DNA of 64,000 nucleotides from Botryllus schlosseri (taxonomy: Eukaryota). The position numbers were made by a program, and so were the translations under genes. The number at the start of each line of letters is the position of its first letter. Within the stretch, counting starts at the first letter, position 1. This document shows positions 38,197 to 50,100 of the stretch, piece after piece. A model generated the notes under the pieces. That model did not search any database and was not told the origin of the DNA. It worked only from the letters and a program-made list of their open reading frames with translations. The stretch is taken from contig CM119372.1 of NCBI GenBank assembly GCA_051294905.1, positions 1,736,001-1,800,000 of the forward strand, read 5' to 3'.

Positions 38197-41100
38197 TCAT
38201 AATCGACTAGACATTTCTTGGCTCTCAGTCCGCACTTTTAGCTGCGACCTCCTGTTGGCGGTCCAGGCAGCAGCAAGGCCCATTGCACACAACAGGAATA
38301 CGCCCATTGCAGCAATTCCGCCCCATATGAAACCTTCATTTGCGCTCCCGTCGCTGAAATAACCTGAGAACATACAGCAGCGTGTCAAATTATTGATCAG
38401 GATCATCGCGTTACACTCACTAAAGTTTGCAAAGTGTATATCGGACGACTACATTTTCCTCGTATATTCAGGCAGTGCGTTTCAATGTACCAGCAGACTT
38501 GGACAACTAAATAATTCTAGTTGTCTAATTTGTGGAAATGCTGGCATTCTGATTATAATCTGATGCATGAAATCGTCAGTACTTAAGTAGCAGTAGAAGT
38601 AACGCCATCAGTAGAAGTAACGCCATAAATTTCTCCTAAGTAGAAGTAGCAGTAGAGATTTACAAGTCAAAAAGTAAGTATTCTAGGCCTAATTTTGTCT
38701 AAAAACAGTTAAGTAGAAGTAGAAGTAGTCCAAAATAAACCACTGCAAGAAGTAGTACATGCAAAATCTGCTTGAAGTATATCGAAAAGAAGAAGTACTT
38801 CATTACTAAGCAACCTCTAATCTCATTTCTTGTTTACCTGATAATACCACAGGCCAAAGGCGAACTGCATAGTGCGATACGAGCCAAACTTAGTAATGTA
38901 CAGACATTTGTCATTCTCATGCATATGTGAATAAACTCTGATTAGGTATTAACCGAACTTGATGTGCTGATATGATGACCGGCGAGCGTAAAAATGCTGA
39001 ATAACGGCGTCGTCCCGGTTAAAGGTATTTGTGATCTGTTTATGATCGGAAGCCTTTTTCGTCGATGGAGCCACACTTACCCCATAATTTGTCAATCTCA
39101 ACCAGCTGACGTCACAATCAAGGACTCGTGACGTCATTGCTTCGAAAAAATCGCCATGTCGATTTATGTTTCAAATGCAACCCTAATTGTCATGCCTCAT
39201 GCGCATGTGTATGAGCTTTGATTTGGAGTGAGCCCGCCGAGCTTGATTTTTGTTGCATTTCTTTCTGATCAGGAATTTAATTCAATTTCCACGATTTTGA
39301 GAGTTAGCAATTCTAATTGTAATCTAATTCGGAAAAGTTGGAAAATTTTCATTGTTCCACCCTGCGCGCCTCTACTTCACGTAGTACAATGTAACACGGC
39401 ACGCCATACTTACGGAGTGGTGAGTGCGATTTTAAAATGTTTTCATCCAACTTTGCCTCCGCGTCATCACTCCTGGTGCTTCGTCCCAACTCATCAAGAC
39501 CTGTAAAGTCGCAAGATCCCACATAAAGATAACCACGAGCAATTGGCATGTTATTTGCGGAGGTGGTCATATTTAGAAAAAGACATGTCAAAATTCTTTG
39601 CAGATGTAGAAAATGAGATTGAAAAGTATATACTCGAGTAGTTTCGAATGGTCACTATGGCAGTGCGACTTCACAACCAACGCAAAGTGGCCCTGACCAG
39701 CATGTACTATAAATTGTTGTAATTTTCCAAGATATTTCCGTTACCGTGAAGCATGGTCTAGGGCAGGGGTCGCCAACTCGAAACGGGTCGCGGGACACTT
39801 TTCAAGTTTCGTGGAGGCTACGGGCCGCGAGAATGCAATATTGAGGCAAAATCGGTCACACTTTTAGCAACCACGTTTTCAAATCTTAACGTCAGTAAAA
39901 CACCGTGCTCTCCGACACGGGCGAAGGGCATAGTTACCACAAAAGAAGTAATATTTTATAACAAAATATATCATGAATAACAATTTCATTTTATTTTAAA
40001 CTATGAGCTGCGCACGATACTTGACGCTCTTCAGCGACTAAGGAATCGATATTGGGGCTAGCAAAATAATTGGGGCTGAATTATTATCTACTGTTTGAGC
40101 TTAATTTTGAGGGAAATCCCTAAGCCGTTTTTAAGCGTCTTGGTCTTGGCAGTGTCTGGACCATCGCACGTCAAGGCAATATCCCCAAAATCCAATTCGT
40201 ATTAGCTGACTCTCCTTCGATAAAATACTGTTGCCGTCGCCGAAGCCATTCCAGCTAGTGAGGAATTGTGATGTTGTGCACAGGAGAATAGCAGGTTTTG
40301 AACAACAGCAATATTTTGAAACTGAAATCAATTTCAGCATTTCAAAATGCCTTAGCTTTCTTCCGAAATCTGAGATCAGTCTTGGGACTATATTTCACCC
40401 GCAGTCATAATGAATATTTACTCGTACACAAGATGAAAACAAATACCAGAAGTATTTTTCACCTTACAAAATCAAAACTAGTAAGTTTGTCTGCAATAAC
40501 TGTCTGGTTTGTCGAATAACTACCAAGTAGAATTCGAACTAATCTGAAACATCAACTACTAATAAAGTATGTACGCAAACTCGAATTGATTACAACGAAA
40601 ATGTACGCAGCTACTGATCATGATCACCGCTGAATATTGGCCATACCTTTTTGCTTAGGTTTGTGTGGAGATCCGACTTGTACCGACTGCGAGCTAGTAG
40701 CATGTCGTAGTCTTGGCGTCGGCACTGCGGTGTTATTATTTCCCAGCGAGTAATTACCCGGCGAATCTGTCGTACTTGCAGTGTGTCTCGCATTCTCGGT
40801 TGCTAAATCGCCCGTGGCCGTCTTAGATGGCGCTACGTCGATATCTACGTTGTGCGATAACCTGCTATCCCGTCTCTCAGAATCGTCGTGATCATTCCCG
40901 GAATGTTGATATTCTGATCCGGACCCAGATCGAGACAAGCTACTCTCTGGTGACCCTGTGATTACCGAATTCAGCAAGTGAATCATCGTCAGGGACTCGC
41001 TTAATTCCACGCTTTCCCGATATTGATCGGAGCTTGAAGAAATATCACCATCAAGTCGAATATCGCCAGCAGTTTCGCCATTTCCATCAATATCGTGAAA

Positions 41101-44100
41101 GGGCGCGATTTGCGTACCAGTTTGTCTTTTAGTGTCTCTGTATAAAGTACGAGCTACCGTAGCAGTTGAAGTTGATTTAAACACCGTGTCCGTTGCGTTA
41201 GAAGCGTTTTGATGTGAGAACATATACACATGTGTGCTGTTTTGACTTGGTGTTGGTGTTTTTCCAAATTCAAATAAGGTTGCTGGTACAATTTGACTCT
41301 GAATACCTTTTCGCTTGTCAATACCGGACAATACCGCACTTCGCTCTACCAATATGTCGTCGCCATCGATACTACTTGGCGTCGTAATCGTCGATGCTTC
41401 GTCGGTGAGAACGTTTTCCGTTATTGACCATTCCGTTTCAAACACCGTATTTACCTGAATATTTCCAGATGTGCTTGGGACATTAGTTGCGTGACTGGTG
41501 ATAGAAGATGTTTCCGACACTGCTATTCCATATCTGATATCCGCGCGGCCGCTGTCTTTCGGCAGTATGTAGAACGGACCAAGTGTGAATTTGCCGACAT
41601 CGGGAAGCCTCTTCAAGCACTTAGATCCGGAGTAGTCAAAGCAGTTCTGTTAGGAGATAAAAATATGAAGTAATTCGAGACGGCGCCATTCGCGACCAGC
41701 AGGGCGAGTAATAGTTTTTAAAATGCGCCAAAATCGAGATGCCATATTTGTTGAATATCGGTAAAGGTGCTCGTTATCGGTTTTATCGGCATCAGAAGCG
41801 CGAAAATTGACAGACGTACCTTTACATTTCCCTTCGCACACTTCACGACCGCGCCTTTGATGACGAATCGCTTGCATTCGCTTGCGGGAGGAACGTTGAC
41901 GCTGATGCAGATCACGTCCGACTGCGTGTTGAAATTGATGTCGGTGTTCACAGATTTTCCGCCAGCGGGTCGCCACCTCACGGTGCATCCGTTTGTCACT
42001 GATGAATACCGCAGCGCGGATGAAGTTGCATCTCCTTCGCATAAGAAGGTCATTTCCTCAATGGCCGACACAAAGCTGTCGCTTGCCTGCGTACAAACGA
42101 CAACTTGTTGGACCTGGTAACGGTGATGTTGCGTCCTCGATATCGGGAGTTCGCACAGAAACCGGAGGCTTACTGGGAGATCCTAACGACCCATATCCGT
42201 AGTCTCAGTATCAGTTTATTAACATTTTCATCATTTCAAAACACCACAATACTGCGAGACGAGGCATCTACCACGTCACCAATGCCATATTGTAGAATGA
42301 ACTTCAACCATTCAAGCCGACTTGGACAAATATATAATTCTAGTCGCATTATTAAAGAGAAATGCAGGTAATCCAATTTTTGAAATGTTCTATGCTCTGG
42401 TTCTAATTCAATTTTTGGTTTTCCTGAAAATGCCAACAGGAGAACTGTTTAGTAGGGATGGTGTGAGCGTGAGGTTCACGTTCGCGTTCTGTGCGTGAAC
42501 CTCAGAAATTTAGAGGTTCGCGTTCACAACAGAACCTTGGTAGATTCCAGAGTTGAGCATGGATTAGGATTAGGTTTTGAAAAAACAGGATTTGTGAAAT
42601 TTCGTCGGATTTGGATTGGATTTGGATTAGACATTTTTTTCAGTACGGATTAGGATTTGGATTGGATTTACCTATTTTCTGGGAGATTGAAATGTCGTGC
42701 GGCGAATGGCGACAAACTTTATTCAGATCAGTTATTAATGTACTTATGGTAACTAAGTTATCTTGAATCAAGTGAATCGTTGGTTGTGAAAGAAAATTTT
42801 CGAATCCCTCCATTACATAAATTATTATTTTTTCTGAATTTCCAGTTGGAATCGGATTAGGATTGGACATGGACTTGAATAAGAAAAAGTTATGGATTTG
42901 GATTTGGATTTGAAGGTTCGGATTTGGATTGGATTAGGACATAGAAATTTCAAATCCGCTCATCTCTGGTAGGTTCTGCACTGTGAACCTTTTTCATATA
43001 TTACAATTTTCACTACATTATAACATCTTTTGTTCAAATTTATTGGATTTCAACTGCAGGCCACTCTATGCATGGTGCTGGCAGTATAAAAATTGAACAC
43101 TAAACGAGCATGCACCTTGACAATCTCAAAATTTTTACTTGCTTTCTTACAAAAGTTTGCCCGAAATATCCAGCTTTCCGTATGCGAATATTTGGTCACT
43201 CTCTGCCGTGAGCCTGACCCGCAATTACATAACATAAAAAACGAAATACACTACATGTAGTCAGTTAATGATGCTTATTCAACCAATCAATGGAATTGAT
43301 ATCGTTGGCTGATGTAAAAAATCTAGCGGGTGAGCGGGGTCAATCTTGACTTCATATGTTTATTGTATCATAAAAACCAAATTCGTGCGATTGATGTGTT
43401 GGCTACTGCTGTATAACTTGTTAATGGGGTAATATCGGCAGCAAGTATGGCAACCCGTTTTACACTCTGCTCAGTATCAATGTAACAATATTCGACGCCG
43501 AATACATTTTCCGGCCTGGCCTAGACCGTTAAGGCGTAAGCTTATACCCCTGGTAAGTCCTCGTCGAAATTGTTGGCTAAGCGACGGAAGATATTGATTT
43601 TATGGGAATATTATATCCTTTGATTGCCTCAGTTGATACATTTAGCGACGTTTAAAACGTGATTCAGCATTGTGGCATTATGTGGCTCGAGTCGTCGCTA
43701 GGTATCGTGTACAGTGTACACACCAGGGGTCGCCAACTCAAAATGGGTCGCGGGCCACTTTTCAAATTTCGTAGCGGCCGCGGGCCGCAAGTATTCGATA
43801 TCGATATAAACTACGCAACAACGTTTTAAAACTCAACGTCAGTACAACACCGTGCTATCTAACAGAGACAGTGAGCATAGTGACCACAAAAGAACTAATA
43901 TTTTATTAAAGGAATACAAATACAACAAACATCATTATCATCAAGTTCATTTTATTTTAAGCTCTGAGCTGTGCACGATACCTGGAAACGCTTTTCAGCG
44001 ATCAAGGAATCGATATTGGGGCAAGGGCAAGCGAAATACGATACTATAGCTGAAAGACCATCTCCACGTTAAGCTTGACCTTGCGGGGAAGCCCTATAAG

Positions 44101-47100
44101 CCAGTGGTTCTTAAACTTTTTTATACACGCCCCCTTTATGATACTGAGAAATCACGCTCCCCCTTACCGTCATATCACAAAATGCAACCAGAATGCTAGC
44201 GATCTCAACGGATAATTTGATGGCATGGAAGGTTATGATTGTTAATTGATGAGAGAATTCTATTATATGAATTCCGGACTATACACAAAAAATTTTTCAG
44301 TTGACCACAGCTCCGCGCCCCCTTAAGATGCTTTCACGCCCACAAGAGGAGCGCGCCCCCCAGTTTGAGAACCACTGCCCTATGCCGTTTTCCAAACGTT
44401 CCGGTCTTGGCAGTGTCTGGGCCATTGCACGTCAAGGCAATAGGTCCAGTTCATTCATATCAGTTGGTTATTCTCCCTCGACGGAATGATGTTGACATCG
44501 CCGAAGCCAAAGCTAGTGACGAAAAAATGATGTTGGGCACCGGAGGATAACTATGTGTTGAAACTGTAGTCAATTTCAGCATTTCAAAATGGTGTTCTTA
44601 TCTGTATTCCGAAATTTCAAATCAAGTCGCGGGCCGCAAAATATGACCTCGCGGGCCGCGTGTTGGTGACCCCTGGTACACATGCACTGTGTCACATTAA
44701 TATAGGCTATCACTTCATTGAAAGATAGGATTGGAATTAGCAATATGACGTCACGTGACGTCATGAGGTTCACGTTCGCGTTCACACAGAACCTTTCAAA
44801 AAGGTTCGCGTTCACACGAACCTGAACCTTTCAGAGGTTCACACCATCCCTACTGTTAAGTGCGAAATGTGCTCAGCTTGGCATACAGACATTTGCCATT
44901 CCCATGGTCAATGTTCCCTCTAATTATTGACGAGTCTGCGCGCACTCACCTCAACTCACTACGCGATCCCCTGCACAACAGTGCATAACACTTCGGATTT
45001 TTTGAGCGCAGCTCAGATTTTCTATGCGCAGAGACTGTGTCATCACTGCGCAATTGTGCACGTGCGCAGCTTAGAGGGAGCATTGCTCATGGTTATGAGC
45101 ATGACCTCTGATTTAACGTGCACTAAACGAGAATTTCCCTGTTGCGTTTCTTTCCACTACGGAATGAAATTCAATTTTTCAAGTTTTACGAATTCGGTAA
45201 TTTGGTCCAATTGTGCACTGAAGTGTCACGCGCGTCGTGCGAACAAAGCTATTTCGATATCTTTAAATCGATCAGGCAAGATATTGCAATATTTTATACC
45301 AGAAATCAGTAGTAATTATCAAAATGTTTTTGATCGCGGCTCATTAGTGCAGGAATTGAAGTTAGAAATATAGTTCTGCACGTGGTCAACGGTGTACGCA
45401 GTAACGCACGGTTCATTTTTATGGAATGTAATGTAACATACTGCTAACGGAAAAACGGGGAGCCCTGGTCTAGATTTCAAGCCGGAGTCGAAATGTGTAT
45501 AGTGTGATGTATAGTACACCTGAAATTTATGTGCGCCTGAGTCTCTGGGTTGACAATAATTTCAGCTACGTTTTACTGCTCATTTATACATACCATTTCA
45601 TCGGGATGTTTATCGAGTTTAGTCTTGATGCTCATATGTATCACATCACCAGGACGAAATACCGCGTGGTCGGCGAACTGAAAAAGCGGAGGACACGCAA
45701 CGCTTGGGCAAAATCGAAGGTTTCGGCAAAGAGCGATTTCCGGATGGAAGACTTCGCTGCCGAAACTTGTAGTGTCGAACGGAGACCTGAAAAATATATC
45801 ATCGTCTTCATTTTATTATTATTTTTATCAAATCATTACACCACAAGATTGCGATATAATGAACAGATAGGAATAGGTGTCGTCGTTTAATTAGCATGCA
45901 AATAAGAGGCGACGAAAATGGATGCTGCAGGTGTCGGTGAGCGAGGTCGATATGTCAGATTGCGGTTCGGTAGTCTTGAGAGCTGGTATTCATACATTGT
46001 AAGAATTGCTTTGTATTTCGATTTGAAAATATAGAGCATCTTATGGTTGATATTTTCGATCAAATAACATAACTGTAAAAATCACATACGGGCTGAATTA
46101 GTGTTGCGCTGAGGAATCGTCGATATGAAGAGCACAAAGCACTTCCACTCCTTCGTATTACTCCAGTGTGGTTCGCCTACTTGCACGATACTTACTGAAG
46201 TACGAATGGTTATGATTTAAGGCTAATTCCACATTTGATGAAAACTACTCATGTCTGCTTTACAAAAGCCACCAAAGTGTCGAATGTAAGTTTCTAGGTT
46301 GATTTGCATCACTTTTGTGAGAGAAATTGTCATTTCTACTTTACCAAATAACCACTTTGTGATGATGGTGGAATATTTTTTCGAGAACCGCCCTATTTGT
46401 AGTGTCTTCTGTCATTTTGCGTTGTCGCGAAGAAAAATTTTGCAATTGCAAAAGTAACCTACCTTCTAATACTTACGCAGAATACAATTAACCGCCCATT
46501 TCCCATTTCCAGACTTCCAAGTAGATTAGGTATATCTATGGTTACTTCTACTTGTAGCCAAGTAGAAATATGTGGTCCTCTTTCTACTTTAGGATTGCCT
46601 ACTATTTTGATTACATCCGGCAACACATTAAATTCATAAAATTGCATAATATCTTCATGTTGGAATAAACCCGAATAGATACGGCTGACACTCGTCAGGG
46701 GTAATCTTCAGTTTGAGAATCGGAAAGAATATTGTTTACAATTTATTTGAGTTATTTCAATAAGAAAATTAAATTGTTTATTGAAATTCCGCACCTCCCA
46801 GAAGCTCTTCAAATACATGAAGTATATGCCCTTTCTGTAATTAGCAGAAGTTATATAGAAAGTTGGCATATACGTCGCATCTTTTGCGAAAATTCGCTCA
46901 CTTTCGTTCGCTCGACATTGTTTCTCCCGAGTCATCTCCGTATACGCATTTGAAATCCCCGTAATGTTTCAAAGTCCCGGCCACCGTCTTGTATTGAATC
47001 GAGTTTGCATATACCACGCCATATTCGAACAAGGTGATTTTAGTTCCGCAATCCCCAGCCAAGCGGGTGCGAAAGTATCGCTTCCGAAAATCAACTGCGG

Positions 47101-50100
47101 ATTGATAAAGATGAGATTTATTTGCGAAGTAAAAAGACTGATGTAAGTGCTGTAGCGCCGGGTTTACGATATCGTAGGCCTCAGTACTACAAATGCAAGC
47201 AGTGCAGTTCGGGTTGCATAAATTCAACACGAGCTTGTTCCAATATCACTTCTCCTACCTGTTTATCATGCGCTCGTCCGCTGCCATCTTACATATGGAA
47301 TAACAGTGTGGGGCTGCTCTTACAAGAAGCATATCAACAAGCTCCAGGTATTACAAAACAAAGCCATTAGGATTATATCTAATATACCTGCACGTAGTAG
47401 TGTCAGTCCTGAATTTAGAAAATTGGGCATTCTCAAGGTCTCAGATTTGTATGAATTTGAAATTGTAAAAATCATGAAACAATATAATGAAAGAACATTA
47501 CCTGACTATTTCGACAACTTTTTTCAATGCCCCAATTCAATTCACCATTATAACACAAGATTCTCACAAAATCAGTCCCTATTTGTTAAATTGAATTCAT
47601 CAAGACTGTCAAGAAATTCCCTATCTCATATAGGTGTGAAATTTTGGAACAACGTACCAACTATCTACCGTACTCTGCCTTATCATACATTTAAAGCTCG
47701 CTATTGCAAATTTATATTATCCAAGTACTAAGAAGAACATATCTCATGACCACAGTGATGTTGTTTGTTGTTTTGTTTCATTTTATATGTTACAATAATA
47801 TTACCACTGTGTACATGGGTCAAATTGTCTGATCACACTGTTAACTATGATAACCGTCCTTCGCTAGTGTTGCTGTCTTTTATTTACTTTTGTTTATTCC
47901 GTTACTCTTTGCGGTGCTACTCGACTGAGAGAAGAAATTGATTCATAGTATTATTAATACTGCCAATATGCTTGGGTGACTCCGGCCTAGAAGACTTCGG
48001 TCATATCGGGTCTCCCAGTCTATACCATGTAAAATATAGTAGGAGAAAATGTATACTATTGGACGTGAATTGTTTGTGGACATTGCCTTTACTATATTTC
48101 ATGGTTGACGAATAAAAGAATTCTCTCTTCTCTCTCATGTTCAAAACATGGCCCCCGTTTGAAACATGTTTTTTTTCCGTTTCTTCAACAATGACGTCAC
48201 TAATCTTTAATTGCGACGTCACGGGGATTGATATTGACAATTGAAACTATAGGATATAATGGCTCCTTCGAAGAAAAGGCTTCCGACCTCTGTCATAAAC
48301 AGCCAAAAATATCTTTAACCGGGACATACATCGTTTTGCAGCATTTTTACGGTTGGCGGTCATCATCATGAAAACACCCATTTCGTACCAATCATCTCTA
48401 TCAACGTCCCAAAGCTGTTGAACCGACGACGATTTCGACGGTTTCAGTCACTACACATCTTATATACGTGGACAATATATTGGGTACAAATCGTCCGTAG
48501 GCTCATACTGCATCTTGTCTTTTCGACAATATTCTCCCAATTTAAAAAAAAAAACGATTTAAATGCAACCCCAAGTGTAGTCCATGAATACAAGTTGTAG
48601 TGACCTTAGGATGAAAGCATAGATAGACGAATCTGCTTGATAACTATCTAGGTTTTTATTACCTGGGAGATTCGACTACAATCAACTATACAAGGAAACA
48701 AGACGCACACTTCCAAGCACAAACATGGACAATGTGCATCTGAGCGGCACGAACGAACTCCACAGAACGAAGAAACCAATACACCAATAAACTGCGATTG
48801 TGGCTACGTGCGAAGAACGACAGAACGTTTGCATGACGGCGTGAAAGAGAATGTCGTTCTAGATATATTATAGCAAGCGCATCACGCTCAGAGAACAAAG
48901 GTCTCCCTTGATTTACCTCCTGAAGCAGAGACTTGGATAGCTATAGCTGTCGAATTGGAGGGTAATCTAATTTCAATCAATTTTTTTCGAATGTTTCTTT
49001 CTGATCCGTGTTTCTTTCTGATCCGTATCTAGTTAGTTAAGAAAGTTTTTGATGTCCTCATTTTAATTCTAATCCGATTTCCTGAAAATGCGACAGGATA
49101 ACTGAATAGTGCGAAACGATCCAAGCTTGATGTACATTTGGCATGAGACCGGACTTGATTTGATACGAACTAAACTTGATTAAATTTCCAAGTTTTCGTG
49201 AATTCAGTAACTTAAATTTCAATCTAGTTTGGAAAGAAGGGATAGCTATAATTGTAATTTTAGAAAAATTTCATTCTAATTCAGTGAAGCTGAAATTTTT
49301 CTAACTGTTCAACTCTGCCCTGAAGCTTAAATCGGAACACGAAACGGATACGAATTCTGCCATTGGCAAACTTTTAATAGACAGCCTAAACGAAAGATTT
49401 CGCGTCGTCAGGAGACGCCGTTCCTTTTTTCCATAAATGCGTTGAAGTCGACTTCCATCAAAATCCGCCAACCTAGTTTGTGACAACAAACAGTTCGTGT
49501 AATCTCACAAATTAGATTACGGGCATTTGACTCAAGTCATTAACCGGCCCGTAAGTCGAAAAACAAGCAATTACGACTATAGACAGTCAGCCCTCAAGAT
49601 TCCCTGACCACAATCTGACATCTCGACCTCGCCTACCGGACACATGCCGTATTATTTTTCATCGCTTCCTTTTATGCTACCCTTTCTTAAAATCCAATGT
49701 GCATGCCGCTTGACAATATGCTCTCTAGGCCAAGGCGCGTGTTTGATTAAAATACTACTCCAATTCGTTTCGGCAATCAATCAGTTTTTTCATCGTTTCA
49801 GAACACCACAAAATGCGATACAATGAAAAGATAGGAAGGTGCCCTCCTATCTCTTCCCTATATCGCAGTCTTGTCGTGTTTTGAGTTGATAAATATATTT
49901 AATGGAATGATCATGATGTTGGTTTTTGAAGTAGTCATGGTGTTTGTAGGCTACTTGTCATTTACACCAGGCCGATATTATTCAGTTCTATTCCGTAACT
50001 GCCGACTTCTAGCACGCCCCACTTCTAGGCTTGAATGAAGGCCTAGCTAGAATGATCATGACGATATGCGCAACATAGCGAAAAAGTTCAGGAGATTCAA

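Noticed and set aside
38949..39137. ORF inside the ZP gene as a candidate exon
   Set aside because: It matches 48260-48385 in reverse, so it is a dispersed repeat.
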